A DNA stretch of 64,000 bases, taken from assembly GCF_006345805.1 (NCBI RefSeq), contig NC_043016.1:3286001-3350000 (forward strand). Direction: 5' to 3'. Below the pieces are notes generated by a model. It made no database searches and had not been told where the DNA came from. It saw only the letters and a program-made list of their open reading frames with translations. Positions 13,197-25,948 of this stretch are shown here, one piece after another (positions within the stretch are counted from its first letter, which is position 1; the number at the start of each line of letters is the position of its first letter). The position numbers and the translations under genes are program-made. The stretch is from Octopus sinensis. Its lineage: Eukaryota.

Positions 13197-13233
<37 letters not shown>

Positions 13234-13256
13234 TATATGGCTAGATAGATAAATAA

Positions 13257-13301
<45 letters not shown>

Positions 13302-14449
13302 CAGAGAGAGTCGTAGTAGTAGTACAAGGCACCACCAATGTTTACTGGAAATAGCAGTCGATAAATTTATATAAATATTTATGTGTGTGTAAGCTGTGAG
13401 ATCACATAGTTCGACTGAAGTTCTGCAAGACTTTGCTTCAGTATGACTGCAGTCCAGTGACTGAAGCAAGTAATACGAACACACATACATGCACACACGC
13501 ACACACACACAGACAGACACACACACAGACATACATACGTGCATACATACCTACGTACGTCCATCCATCCATCCGTCCTATGTACGTACGAAGATATATA
13601 CATACGGACGTAACTATGTATGTATGTATGTATAATTTCAGTATTATAATTTGTGGGGGGGGGACGTCACAGCTGTAACTTCCGAGTGCCACGTGCGTTT
13701 AATACAAGGATTCCTAGTGTTTATACTTCTGAACAAATAGTTGTCAAAGTAACACTGGAAGACCTGTTTTGCTCTGTGGATGAATATTACGAAACAAATT
13801 TCTTTACAAAAACGATTATGGTTCAAGGGAGAGCACTCGTAAAAATGTTTGAAGAAGTTATTCCACTTAGTGCTATTATTTTTCAAAACCTGATTATTGA
13901 AATAAAATTTTTAAAACGTTGCAATAATTGGTTTGATAAAATACTTGAATGAATCTGAGTAACAATGGAATAAAATAAGCAGAGAAATAAATGAACAAAT
14001 AAAAATAGAAATATAATTGAAGACGCTCACATAATAGAAAATAGACTTAACCGAAAACATAAATGGGGCAATAATCCCTCACTCGGTCCCCCACACTGTG
14101 TAACCTGATGTCTAAAGACAACAGGGGAAATAAATATAAATATTCATCATCATCATCATCGTCTGCCAACATAGTAGGCCTGGTTTAGGACGAATGTTGC
14201 TGTAATTTAGCACCAAGAGACATTGTCTCCAGCAGGCTATTATATATATATATATATATATATGTAAATGGATGAATGAATTATCCTGTTTTCCGTTAAC
14301 ATGGAAAATTCAATAAAGCCTTTGAACATTCTTTTAATCAACGTATCCCTCCCTCTCTATTTGTTCCCTAATTACTATCCCTTTAACCCTTCCCCTCCTT
14401 CTATCTGCATTTGACATCAAATCTACTAACGGTTTTTTTAAATACTTAA

Positions 14450-14631
14450 TAACGTTCTGTTTATCATGTAGGCAGCCATCGTAAATGTTATAATGTCTTG
14501 TTGTTGAGATAGGCTCTCTTTCTTTCCTGTTTATATCTTACACCGTTTATTCCTTTGGAATAAAACCATGTTGTCTTCGAAACATATGTCGAAAGTAAAA
14601 GAATTTTAATAACATCTTCGTCCAACTCCAT

Positions 14632-14632
<1 letters not shown>
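14450..14632 (+). repeat. Decayed copy of the PLE 3' terminus seen at 57290-57476, HHR core damaged
   Basis: Shares CATGTAGGCA, TTTATTCCTT.GGAAT, TCTTCGAAACAT.TGTCGA.AGTAAA and CTTCGT..ACTCCATT with that copy. Confidence 0.65.
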
Positions 14633-14662
<30 letters not shown>

Positions 14663-15556
14663 CTCATTTATACATATATATATATACGTAAGGACACAGA
14701 TCGTGTCGTATAGCCAGTTGGAGACGATGTCTTCTGGGGTTAAATTACAGCAACATTCGTCCTAAACCAGGACTGCCATGTTATGTTGGCAAACAATTCT
14801 TTACTCCAAAGCACTGTTGCTGAATATCTCACGTTGGGAGATTTAAAAATAGTAATTTTCTAATCATCATCATCATCATCATCATTCATTCATTAAGTCC
14901 GTTTTCCATGTTGGCATGGGTTTCACCAGAGCTGGGAAGCTGCACGAAGCTAGTTCAATTTTCTTTGGTTTCAACGGTTGGATGTCCTTCCTAAACGCCA
15001 ACCAATGTACCGAGTGTACTGAGTATTTTTTTATGTGACACCAGCACAAGCGTTTTTACATGGCACTGGAGCAGGATTCTTGCAGGCCAATCCTCTTCAC
15101 GAGGAGGAATGGCCTTTGCACATCTGCTGTGCTGGATGACAGGTCTTACTGAGTAAAGCAAGGTGCCAGATACCACAGTCCTTTGTCATCTTGTCTGATA
15201 GGTTTCTTGTCATTAGGCCATCCTTCAGGACCTTGTCCCATTGCTTCTTGGTTCTCCCTCTTTTCTAGTTCAACCTACTTTGAGAGATCAGGTTGTGCTT
15301 CAGTGCCTTGTCCCAAGAAATAAGAGGCATAGGTACAAACTGTGTAATATGCAAACCCATATACATGCACACAAGACACATATACACATACTAACACACA
15401 TAGATACAGACATAAATGCATGTGCAGATAGGAAGACAAGATAGAATAGATGGGACAAGACTAGAGAGAAGAGATTAGACGAAGGACAGAAAATTGCTGA
15501 AGAGGCCACAGAATGTGTGATGAAGAATTCTGATAAATAAACTAATAATGATAATA

Positions 15557-15925
15557 ATGAGCACTCAGAGAGTGCAAACCTGTGCCAAGGCAACACCAAA
15601 GTCCACTCAAAGATTAGCCAGAGATGATTTTTAAAATGAGAATATCTGAAATAAACTCAAATGCTCTCACAAATGAGAATATTAAAAATGAACCCGACCG
15701 CTCTCAAAAATTAAATAGAAAAACAGGAAAAAAAATCCAGAATCCTTGTCTGGTACCAGATTGATCCCAAAATTTAATCAGTTTGTGCCATTCACAAGGC
15801 CAAACATTCTTGAAAATTTCATCTGAATCCATCCAGCAGTTCTTGGGATATCTTGTCCATAGACAAATCAACAAACAAAAAAAACCTGAAAACAACACCT
15901 TTGCCTTTGCTAAGGCAGAGGTAAT
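15557..15925 (+). mobile_element. Helentron-associated (HINE/DINE-like) non-autonomous element; second copy 53350-53655(-)
   Basis: 5' hairpin GCACTC..GAGTGC, subterminal AACCTGTGCC and 3' stem-loop CCTTTGCCTT..AAGGCAGAGG; two copies. Confidence 0.55.
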
Positions 15926-17035
15926 AAAGCTTAAGTGAATAAGCTAAATAAATATTGGGTGTTTATTGGCAAAAAATGACCATTCCCAAATATACCAATA
16001 TAATTAAAGAAGTAAGCAGCTAATTAAGAATGAAAACAGAAAAGGAAGACAAGAAAGTGGAGAAAAATATAAGAAAAAATGGAGAAAAAGAAGGTAAGCA
16101 AGACAAGATCAGGACAAAATTAAAATAATTAGTGAAAGTTTGTCCTCCTTGCGACTAATTTACTAAATCCAGGTGGAAATATTGGTTTCAAATTTTGGCA
16201 CAAGGCCAACAATTTGGGGGGAGGGGTTAAATGGATTAGATTGATACTAGTGCTCAACTGGTACTTGTGTTATCAACCCCCAAAAGAATGAAATGCAATG
16301 TTGACCCTGGTGCAGTTTGAACTCAGAATGTACAGTTATGTTCTGGTTTCATATTCCACTGAGGTCGACTTTGCCTTTCATCCTTTTGGGTGTCAAATAA
16401 ATACCAGTTATGCACTGGGGTTGACGTAATCGATTTAATCCCTAAATCCCTTTGTCTGTCCTTGTTTGTCCTCTCTACATTTAGCCCCCTGTGGGCAATA
16501 AAGAAATAAATATGCTTAGATATTATTAAATGCTGTAATCATGTTGAATGAATGGTGCAGACACGGTGGAGTTGTTGAGGAATTTGCTTCAGAACCAAAT
16601 GGTTCCAGGATTACTGTTGCAGAGCAACACTTTGAGCATGTTTTTTACACTCTAGTCTCAGATTGACCAATACCATTTGAATGGCATTTGGTAGTTGGAA
16701 ATCCATTGTAATGTGTGTGTGTGTGTGTGTGTGTGTTAACTGATTTTAAAAAATAAAATAGAACAACTGATGTTTTGCGAAAAAAAAAAAAAGAAGCATA
16801 TCTTGGCCATCTAATGAAATACGGATCAGTGGAAAATGTTCCAGAAAGAAACATAATGGAATTGATTTGTCTAAAACTTATTGCATGCATTACTCCAGCA
16901 TGACCACAGCCCACTCTCTGAAATTGTAAAGCAATAAAACATTGTGTTTTTTGTTGTTTATAAACACAAATATAAAACTAATAATATTAATCATAATAAT
17001 TATTATCATCATCATCATTATTATTATTATTATTA

Positions 17036-17072
<37 letters not shown>

Positions 17073-17121
17073 GTTATTGTTATTATTGTTGTTGTTGTTA
17101 CTATTATTATTATTATTGTTA

Positions 17122-17177
<56 letters not shown>

Positions 17178-17308
17178 ACAATGTTTAATGTATTCCTTTG
17201 GATGTCTATATTTCTTTGTTGTTTTGTTTGAATTATGTAAATGGAAGCTTTTTTCTAATACATCTCAAGATTTAAGATCTTAGACATCAAAAAAATCTCT
17301 TATTGTAG

Positions 17309-17419
17309 GAGGACCCAGATATTCCTTTTACCAAAGATGATTACCGTCGGAGAAGGCCACACGCAAACTTCAAGGATCACATCAGCGCTGAGAAAACAGT
17401 CATAAAACTTGGCAAAGGG
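17309..17419 (+). CDS. AK7: AK7 exon (EDPDIPFTKDDYRRRRPHANFKDHISAEKTVIKLGKG)
   Basis: AG/GT boundaries, 111 nt, phase 0/0; matches recalled AK7 PFTEEDYRRRK.HPNF motif. Confidence 0.9.
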
Positions 17420-18772
17420 GTAAAGTGTTTGACTGTTCAACTGGTTTCTTTTCCCCACTTTTTTGTTCATATTGGAATTTGGCTTAGATTAGTGAAATTT
17501 AGGTTTGCTAATCCCTTATATTTCAGTATCATATCTTTAGTGATACAGGATCATCATTTGCGTCGTTGTTGTCAACTCTGTTGATCGCTTCTATGACACT
17601 TTGGTGGCTCATTATTAAAAGCGCCAGGTTAAATGCTACTACAACACTGCCCTCTTATTGTTAATCAATTCTGGATATATGGAAAACAAAAGCAACTTGA
17701 GCAGGAATTTTTACACAGATTCTAACCAAATGGTGTAATACATTTCATTCAGTGTCATTTTTATTGTTAACTTTGCTGCCTAAATAAGACAGTCTTTTTG
17801 GATTTTTTTTAGACTACATATTGTGCTCCTGTATTTTAGGGATGTGTATATAGAAAATTGCAAAAGTTACATCTTTTCTAGATACTATTCATATTTTTTT
17901 TAAAGTACCATTCTAGTTCTAGGATTGTATTCACTTTCTGTCTCTCATTCTCACACACACACACATATTGTGTATGTACACATGTGTTTGAGTGTGTGTA
18001 TGTAAGAAATCAGCTTGATAGGGTTGGCTCCACTAGCTTTTGAATACCCAACATATGCTGTATATCACAACAGCTTCTCTATGATTCCAGCATCATTTGA
18101 AGAACCAAGGCAAAACTAGATATCTTTCCTGAAAGAAATATAAAAGGTTTCTTTGGGGATTGAAGCCAAACATAGCCAGTCACTTACTAAATAAGGTACC
18201 TGTGAATAGTAGAGCTGCATGGTGAACATTCAAAATACTATGCTTTTCTTTTTAAAAAGATTAATTTATTTCTTTTTCATTGAATCATAAAAAAAAATAT
18301 AAAATAATAAAAGATTTTAAAGATAAATAAAAAAAAAACTAGAGGTTCACAAGATTGATAAAGTGGATGCTAGCATTTGGTACCTGCTTTTGAGTTCTTA
18401 AAGAATGAAGTGAAGGGAGTGGCTTACAGGCTAGATTTATGACAATAAGGGAGTGGGTTTATATTTTTGGACTGAGTGACATATTTTGTCCTTGGGCAAG
18501 ACACTTCATTTGATATTGCATCAGTCCATTCTGCAACAGAGTGTTTTCTGCAGATTATAAGAATCAAATCTTTCAAGACCAAGATGCTGACATTAATTAT
18601 TGTATCAATTGAACACTGTATAATGAAGATGGATGGCTGAAATGTTCATTCAACTTCATTGTGGTCTAAGCTCTGAATTTAAAGTTATTTTTAACCAATA
18701 ACCGTGAGACGTTTCGTCTGGAATTTGCTGGATATCAAATATAATGTATTATGATTTTTAAAACATTTTCAG

Positions 18773-18856
18773 AGCAAGAAGAAATTGAACACATGCGTTC
18801 TTGCAGTTGGTGCAACATACGGAGGCAAAGAAGACATTTTTCATTATTGGTTCAAG
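18773..18856 (+). CDS. AK7: AK7 exon (SKKKLNTCVLAVGATYGGKEDIFHYWFK)
   Basis: AG/GT, 84 nt, in frame with neighbours. Confidence 0.88.
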
Positions 18857-19704
18857 GTGAGTTTCATTATGCTGCAGCTTTACTTTGTGACAATGCTATT
18901 TCGAGTTATTTGCCGTTTCTCTGCAATGTGTTACTTTTTGTAAATTTCTCTGTCTCAATCTGGCTGAGAAAATTTTGCCTACATCAAGCTATTATTCATT
19001 TTTGTCTACATTGCAAAACTTTGGCCTAAACCAGACTAAATTTCAGATGAATTGTTTTCTCACTGACTCACCTTTTAAAAATTCTAGCCAGACTGAAACC
19101 ACCAGATTCCACCAACTGCAGAAACCTTCTACTTTCACTTTCCCTCTAGCTATCACACTACAAACATCCCTAATTTCCAATAAAACTACCAAAGTTCAAT
19201 TTTTTAAATGTACTCTATACTCCTTATAGCAAATTACATTATTTCTCCTACACAAAACCTCCACATTACTCTGGCCATACATACAGTATGCAATATCTCT
19301 TCTCACTAAAATTGCCAATTCAGATCCATTAAAATCAGATCCCTACTTTATACACAAAGCCACATGATGCTCTCACATAGATTACAAGGTCGCACCCATC
19401 AAAATCCATCCAGCACTTATTATACTAAAAAGTCCAATATCACAGCTAAAGACACCACTATACACTCGTTTAATCACCTTCCTAACCATAATATTAACCA
19501 ACATCACTATTTCAGATAAAACTGTAATCAAAATATGGTCTGAGTTGTTTATAATATTAAAAAATGACTTTGTACTATGCAAAATACATGCATCAAAAGC
19601 TACTCTGTACACTTAGCAGTACTGTTGCTCCAGAAAATATACTGCATTGCACAAATCAAAATCTACATTCTTCTCATTATATTAAGTAACAATTCTGTTT
19701 TGGT

Positions 19705-20045
19705 TGTGAAGGCACATAGCTCAGTGGTTAGAGCATTGAGCTTACAATCATGAGGTTGTGAGTTTGATTCCATGACCAAGCTGCATGTTGTGTTCTTTAG
19801 CAAGATGCTTTATTTCACGTTGCTCCAGTTCACTCAGCTGTAGAAATGAGTTGCGACATCACAGGTGCCAAGCTATATCAACCCCTTACTTTTCCCTTGG
19901 GTAGCATCAGTGGTGTGGAGAGGTGGAGGCTGGTATGCATGGGCGACTACTGGTCTTCCATAAAACAACCTTGCCTGGACTTGGGCGTCGGAGGGGAACT
20001 TTCTAGATGCAATCCCATGGTCAATCATGACCGAAGGGAGGTCTC
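19705..20045 (+). mobile_element. tRNA-derived SINE of another family; copies 27310-27650(-) and 63932-64000(+, cut by window end)
   Basis: A box TAGCTCAGTGG, B-box-like GTTTGATTCC, shared body in three copies. Confidence 0.7.
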
Positions 20046-20412
20046 CTCCTCTGTTTAGGTTAAAATGACCAAGTAACACTAAATTAAAAAAACCCTCCTC
20101 AAAAATTTCAAGCCTTGTGCCTAGAGTAGAAAAGAGCATCCCAACCAAACTTATATAGAGAGAAATTTGTAGCAATAGTTAAAAAAAAATGACCCATTGG
20201 CCTCCTCCTGCTATTCTTTCTATACAAAAGATTTCACAACCAATAGCAACTATTTTTGCATAAAAAGGCTGGATGTTAACGATGGTTGCTTGAATCAGTT
20301 GCATTTTATCATTTTCAATCTATGTCCCCTTGTGTTAACATTGCTTGCAGATGTAAATATTCTGAATGTTTCTTGTTTCTCTGAAATATTTATACGGTTG
20401 TTTCATTGCCAG

Positions 20413-20498
20413 AGTGCTTGGCACAATGAGCCTGTGTTGAAATGCATTGGCAATGGAACTAATATTGTGCCCACAATACACATAAAAGATCTTGCTGC
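20413..20498 (+). CDS. AK7: AK7 exon (SAWHNEPVLKCIGNGTNIVPTIHIKDLA)
   Basis: AG/GT, 86 nt, ends in phase 2; G.G.N..PTIH..DLA motif. Confidence 0.9.
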
Positions 20499-21154
20499 GT
20501 AAGTAAAACATCTCATAATTATTGATCTATTTTCAATCATCAATTGCTACTCTTCATATATATCCTTTTCTATCTTTCATTTGTTTCAGCCATTAGACTG
20601 CGACCATGCTGGAGCACTGCCTTGCAAAGATTTAGTCAAACAAATTGACCCTCGTGATTTTCTTTTAAGCGTGATCCTTATTCTATTTGTCTCTTTTGAT
20701 AAATTGCTAAATTATGGGGATGTAAACACACCCACGCCAGTTATTAAGCAGTGATGGGGTACAAACACACACGCACACGCGGTGGACTTCTTTCAGTTTC
20801 TGTCTACCAAATGTACTAACAAGGCTTTTGTCAGCCAGAGGCTATAATGGAAGACCAAGGTGTCATGCAGTGGGATTGAACCCAGAAGCAAGTGGTCAGG
20901 AAGCAAACTTCTTACCATTTCTTGGCATTAGGAAGGGCATCCAGCTGTAGAAACTCTGCCAGATCAGATTGGAGCCTGGTGCAGCCATCTGGTTTGCCAG
21001 TCCTCAGTCAAACTGTCCAATTCAGAGTTTCAGATGTCGGGGCAGAAACCCACAGCAGCATCTCTTAACTGAAGAGATGCCGGCATGAGTTTCAACCCCA
21101 ACATCCAAAAGCTGGAGTTTTATCATGGCTACCAAATAATTGTCACATATTACA

Positions 21155-21185
<31 letters not shown>

Positions 21186-22312
21186 TGTGTGTGTGCACAT
21201 ACACACACCTACATAAAAATTGCATACACACATTATACTATATTGCATCACATTGCATTGATCACATCACATACATACATGCATATTTGCCTGCCCACCC
21301 ACTAGCCTGCCTCTCTATCTGCATCCTCAAGACCATTTGCTCGCTTGTCTGCTTGTATATATGAATTTGTTAAATATCTCACAGTTAGATAAGCTAAAAT
21401 TGCCAGGATCTATGTACATTTCTTTACCATTTACTTCATCAGTGAAGATTTCCAAATTATCATATTTCCCCAGCAGAGCACTTTAATGGCTTTTTTTTTT
21501 CATTCTAAGACAGTTATTATTTCTTTGTGACTGCTTCATTCCTGTATCACTTCATGATCAGTTTATATACCAACCACTCATGATAACAACAACTGTTATA
21601 TATTGTGCAATTAAAGGAGTAATTGTATGTAGTTCAACAGCAGCTGATGCAGTGAACAATCACTAAACGACAAGGGTGCCTCTATAACTGTCCTATAAAT
21701 TTCATTAGGTACAAGTGTGGCTGTATGCTCAGAAATTTGCTTCTCTGTCACATTGTTCCAAGTTCAGTCTCACCACATGGCACCTTGGTCCAGTATCTTC
21801 TGCTATAGCCTGGGGCCAATCGAATCTTTGTTTGTGGTTTTGGTAGACTGAAACTGTAAGAAACTCATCATGTATATGTAAATACCCATGTACCCATGTG
21901 TGTGTGTTTGTCCACCCACCACCACCACTCGACAACTGGTGTTGGTTTGTTTATGTCCTTGTCAGCTGTTTTTGGCAAAAGAGACTGACAGAATGAGTAC
22001 CAGGCTTAGAAATAAGTACTGAGATAAATTTCTTTGACTAGACCCTTCAAGACAGTGCCCTGGAATGGCCAAAGTTCGGTGACTGAAAAGAGGAAAAGAT
22101 GAAAGATAAATTTCCTAAAAATTCCATTCTATGTTATCTTTGAGATTCATTCATCCTACATGTTTAAATCACATACAGCCATAGCACTGGCTACATGTTG
22201 AGTATTAGAACACTCTAGTGAGTAACATCATAACTTAGATGAACCCCAAAATCTCTGTTCTGCTTAAAAGTTCACATGTATCTGTCTAACAGACGATTGG
22301 CTCCATTTTTAG

Positions 22313-22403
22313 GGTTATACAGAATATTGCTGATGCCTCTCCTCAAGGAAAATACATAATTGCCAAAGATGAGTCTATGAATACTCTTGAAGAAATTATT
22401 AAG
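22313..22403 (+). CDS. AK7: AK7 exon (VIQNIADASPQGKYIIAKDESMNTLEEIIK)
   Basis: AG/GT, 91 nt, completes the phase-2 codon. Confidence 0.9.
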
Positions 22404-23529
22404 GTAACAATAGACCATTTGTTTTATTCTTGGAATTTTCAGTGGCAGGTGTGGTATTTATAGGTTGTTAAGTGATATAAGCTATGAGAAAGTCCTTATG
22501 GTATTCATCTGTTGGTTTGTTTATGGCCTTTGCAGTTCTTCTGAGAAGGCAAGATCAATGTGGTTAATGGCACATAGGGAAAGTGTTTTGCACTGTAGAT
22601 GGTGGTCAACCAATGACTTGTGAGTGAAATTGGTAGCGAGAATCTGAGTGTGTGCGCGCATGTATGTGTGTGGATGCACATGTGTGCGTGTGTGCATGTA
22701 TGTAAATGTGTGTGTGCATATGCACATGTGTGTGTGCATGTATGTAAATGTGTGTGTGCATATGCACATGTGTGTGTGCATGTCTGTAAATGTGTGTGTG
22801 CATATGCACACGTGTGTGTGTTTGTGTGTGTGTGCGTGTTTGTGTGTGTGTGTGTGCATTCCTTCATGTTTGTCCTCTTCATTGATTATCAACCAGTGTT
22901 GGTTTGTTTATGTCCTCAGAACTTAGCATTTTAACAAAAAGGATTGATAGAGTAAATAACAAACTTTAAAAACAAAGAAAAAAAGGCACTGGCATCAATT
23001 GGCTCTAAACTCTCCAAGCTGGTCCCTTGTCATGGTTGCATTCCAACGACTGAAACAAATAAAGGAACACAAGAGTATATGAAATTATAAGTGTAGTGGA
23101 GGTAGGAGAAGGTGTCGTCAGGAGGCTGTTGTGGAAGGAAGTGGAAAAGGTGTGCGTGTGTGTATTGAGAAAGCCAATGATGGGGTTGAATAAGACGGAG
23201 GCAAATTTTAAGTAAGTGTAGAAGAGTTAGGAAAGGGAGGACCTCTATTGAGTTTTTGTCTAGTAAGAGTGTTAGTACCAAAACACTAATCAATATAATG
23301 ACTATACAAGGCAAACAGTTGGCAGAATCGTTGGCACACTAGGCAAAATGCTTAGCAGCATTTTGTCTGTCTTTATGTTCTGAGTTCAAATTCTGCTGAG
23401 GTTGACTTCACCTTTCATCCTTTTGGGGTCGATAAATTAAGTATCAGTTGACTGGGGTTGATGTAATTGACTCATTCTCTCCCCCAAAGTTGCTGGCCTG
23501 GTGTCAAAATTTGAAACCAATATAATAAC

Positions 23530-24400
23530 TGGACACCTTTTAGAATGGAATCATGTGATTTGGGTGAACATTTTCTCAGTTTGGCTTACAAAGAGGTTTC
23601 ATAATTGGGGCCCACCCTGATCAACATTACTATACCACTAACTTGTGAAGAAAAAAATCCGTCTTCTACTTGCCCATCCCATGTCTTATACTGCTAACCA
23701 GTTTCTCAACCATAGAGGATACAAAACCTTGCTGTATTTCAGTTACTCACCTCGTGTCACCACCACCTTGAAGAAGGTCTCCGTTTGTAAAGTTGCATAT
23801 TCCACTCTCTGCAGGAATTTTGCTGTACTCTTTCTGGCACTCCTTTTGTATCTATATCTATCTGTCTGTCTGCTTCTGTGTAAGGTGTGTGTGTGTGTTA
23901 TGTATTACCATTTTCTAATCTATGAGAAACATGCTGAGTGTTTCACTTCCTGGTCTTCTTTGAGGTATGCTAGTATGGCTGATTTGTACGGGAGGTCATC
24001 AGAAAGAGAGCGCTTCATGAGGAGTTCACTTCCAACACATAGGATAGTGTTTTCTTCACTTTTCATCTCTAAGTTAATGTATTTATTTATGCTGCTGTTG
24101 CAAGTGCTGTCTAAGAGAGATTCTGTGACACTCAAAGACTGTCTGCACTTGATTCCAAGCCCCTGCTTCCTACATCTCTCCTTTGGTAGACCCTGTCGAT
24201 ATCACTGTTTCTGTGGAAGTTTCCACTCAATGTTAGAATCTTGTAGGTTTTAATATCTATAGAATGAACTTTTTGTACAAACCAGTTGAGTATCCCAAAT
24301 GGTTCTGAAAATGTATTGTAGGGTACTGTCTTGCTGTTAGAGGAGAGTTCAGACTGACATACTTTTCTCTTAGTCTGGTGTAAATTCATGGGTCACTCCA
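23530..24400 (-). mobile_element. Old R4/Dong-like LINE fragment
   Basis: NFHRNSDIDRVYQRRDVGSRGL resembles the post-RT HP.SD..RLY..R..GGRGL motif; boundaries approximate. Confidence 0.5.
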
Positions 24401-24452
24401 TCTTTATTCACAGTGCCTTCATGTGTATGTGTGTGTGTATGTGTGTGTGTGT

Positions 24453-24484
<32 letters not shown>

Positions 24485-24958
24485 TCCTCTTCTGTGTTTA
24501 ATCATTTAAATTCTTCCACTGAGGAAGGATCTGGTTTCTAACAAAGATACAAAGCTCCATGTTTTGAATGTTGATAACAAAAACAATGTCACATTTTAAA
24601 CCTGAGAAAAGTCTTGCATAGTTTTACTGTTCCGCTTACACATCGTGCGAGTAATTGGTTTGATGTCTTTTTCTGAAAATCCTAACTTATCCAGACTGAC
24701 AGGCATTTCCTTACAAGACCAAGTGCACCAGTTATTACTGGTATAAATGTAAATTTGTAATCTGGTTACAGAAGTTGATGTATGTATATGTGTGTATGTA
24801 TATTTCTTTCTGTATGTCTATTTTTCTATCCATCTATATATATATAATTAATATCAAAGGGTAATCAGAAATATTTGAAATTTCCATTACTAGTGGCCTA
24901 GCGTGTAAAAAGATTTAGTCAATAGACTATATATTATTCATATAAATACAGTGTGCAT

Positions 24959-25186
24959 TTAAACAGACAAGGGGCATCCATCATAGGATTCCTTGCACGC
25001 TAGAAAGGACAGTTAAATTCCAAACCACTATTAGGGATAAAGTTTCGAAGGGAATGAAAAATAAAAAATGGTAAATGCTTTTATTTTTCATTCCCTTCGA
25101 AATTTTATCCCTAATAGTGGTTTGGAATTTAACTGTCCTTTCTAGCATGCAAGGAATCCTATGATGGATACCTCTTGTGTGTTTAA
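24959..25186. repeat. Fold-back hairpin with ~108-bp arms, 12-nt loop and ~110-nt one-sided extension toward (TA)n
   Basis: 24959-25066 is the reverse complement of 25079-25186 with about 5 mismatches. Confidence 0.9.
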
Positions 25187-25870
25187 TGTGTATGTGTGTG
25201 TGTGTTTGTAGCAATGTACAAAGGAGACATGGGCTCTGCTAGCTGCAATGCAGGCAACCTTACTATAAAGGCAATAATTTTAGGTAAGAACAGATACATT
25301 TTAGGAGGGATTCATTAGTTCTGTGACCAAGTACTTCATAAAAATCCATCCGGTGCACACCGTAAAGTGTTTGGTCACTGAATAAACAAAATGCCCCCCA
25401 AGAAAAAAATCACAGATATACTGAACAGTAATGTTGTTGAGTTACTCTGTGAAGAAGGAGCACAATGCATACGGTGATAATCTGAGGCCCATCCATTCCA
25501 TGTCAGCATGGGAAAATTTATTGTAATATGACACTGAACAAAGGCAGTGAGCTGGCAGGAATGTTAGTACGCTGGGCGAAATGCTTAGCACTATTTTGTC
25601 TGTCTTTACATTCAGAGTTCACATTCCGCTGAGGTCGACTTTGCTTTCCATCTTTTCAGTGTTGATAAATTGAGTACCAGTTGCATACTGGCGTCGATCT
25701 AATCGACTGCCCACCCACCTTCTCAAAAATTTCAAGCCTTATGCCTAGAGTAGAAAAGAATATGACTTTGAATATGATGTTGATGATGAAAGTGCTAGTT
25801 ATGTATGAATGTTTGGTGGCTACCTATTGTTTCATTTTAGGATTCATGTGCTAAACTTTTTCTGTTTCAG

Positions 25871-25948
25871 AGTATCAGCAAAGCACTAACAACTGGCAAA
25901 ATACAAAAGATTCCCCCAGAAGACTTTCTTTCAGAGAACAAACTCACT
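25871..25948 (+). CDS. AK7: AK7 exon (SISKALTTGKIQKIPPEDFLSENKLT)
   Basis: AG/GT, 78 nt; GKIQKIP motif. Confidence 0.9.

Larger units (their letters stand above)
10308..13200. mobile_element. Penelope-like fold-back element: ~150-nt tail, 1.14-kb inverted arms and 463-nt spacer, inserted in (TA)n
   Basis: 10457-11595 is a near-identical reverse complement of 12059-13200; contains a GIY-YIG ORF and one HHR per arm; TA repeats on both flanks. Confidence 0.9.

Noticed and set aside
13653-13952. 99-aa non-repetitive ORF
   Set aside because: No recognisable motif, no ATG start and no convincing splice context.
1-17308. 5' exons of AK7
   Set aside because: No segment resembling the AK7 N-terminus with splice sites was recognised; probably outside the window, or missed by eye.
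21020-21105. Hairpin GCATCTCTT..AAGAGATGC containing CTGAAGA
   Set aside because: No GAAA box at the required position, so a hammerhead cannot be assembled; possibly a rearranged remnant.
22660-22830. CRISPR-like or coding tandem repeat
   Set aside because: A ~40-nt minisatellite made of TG/CA units with no unique spacers, in a eukaryotic intron.
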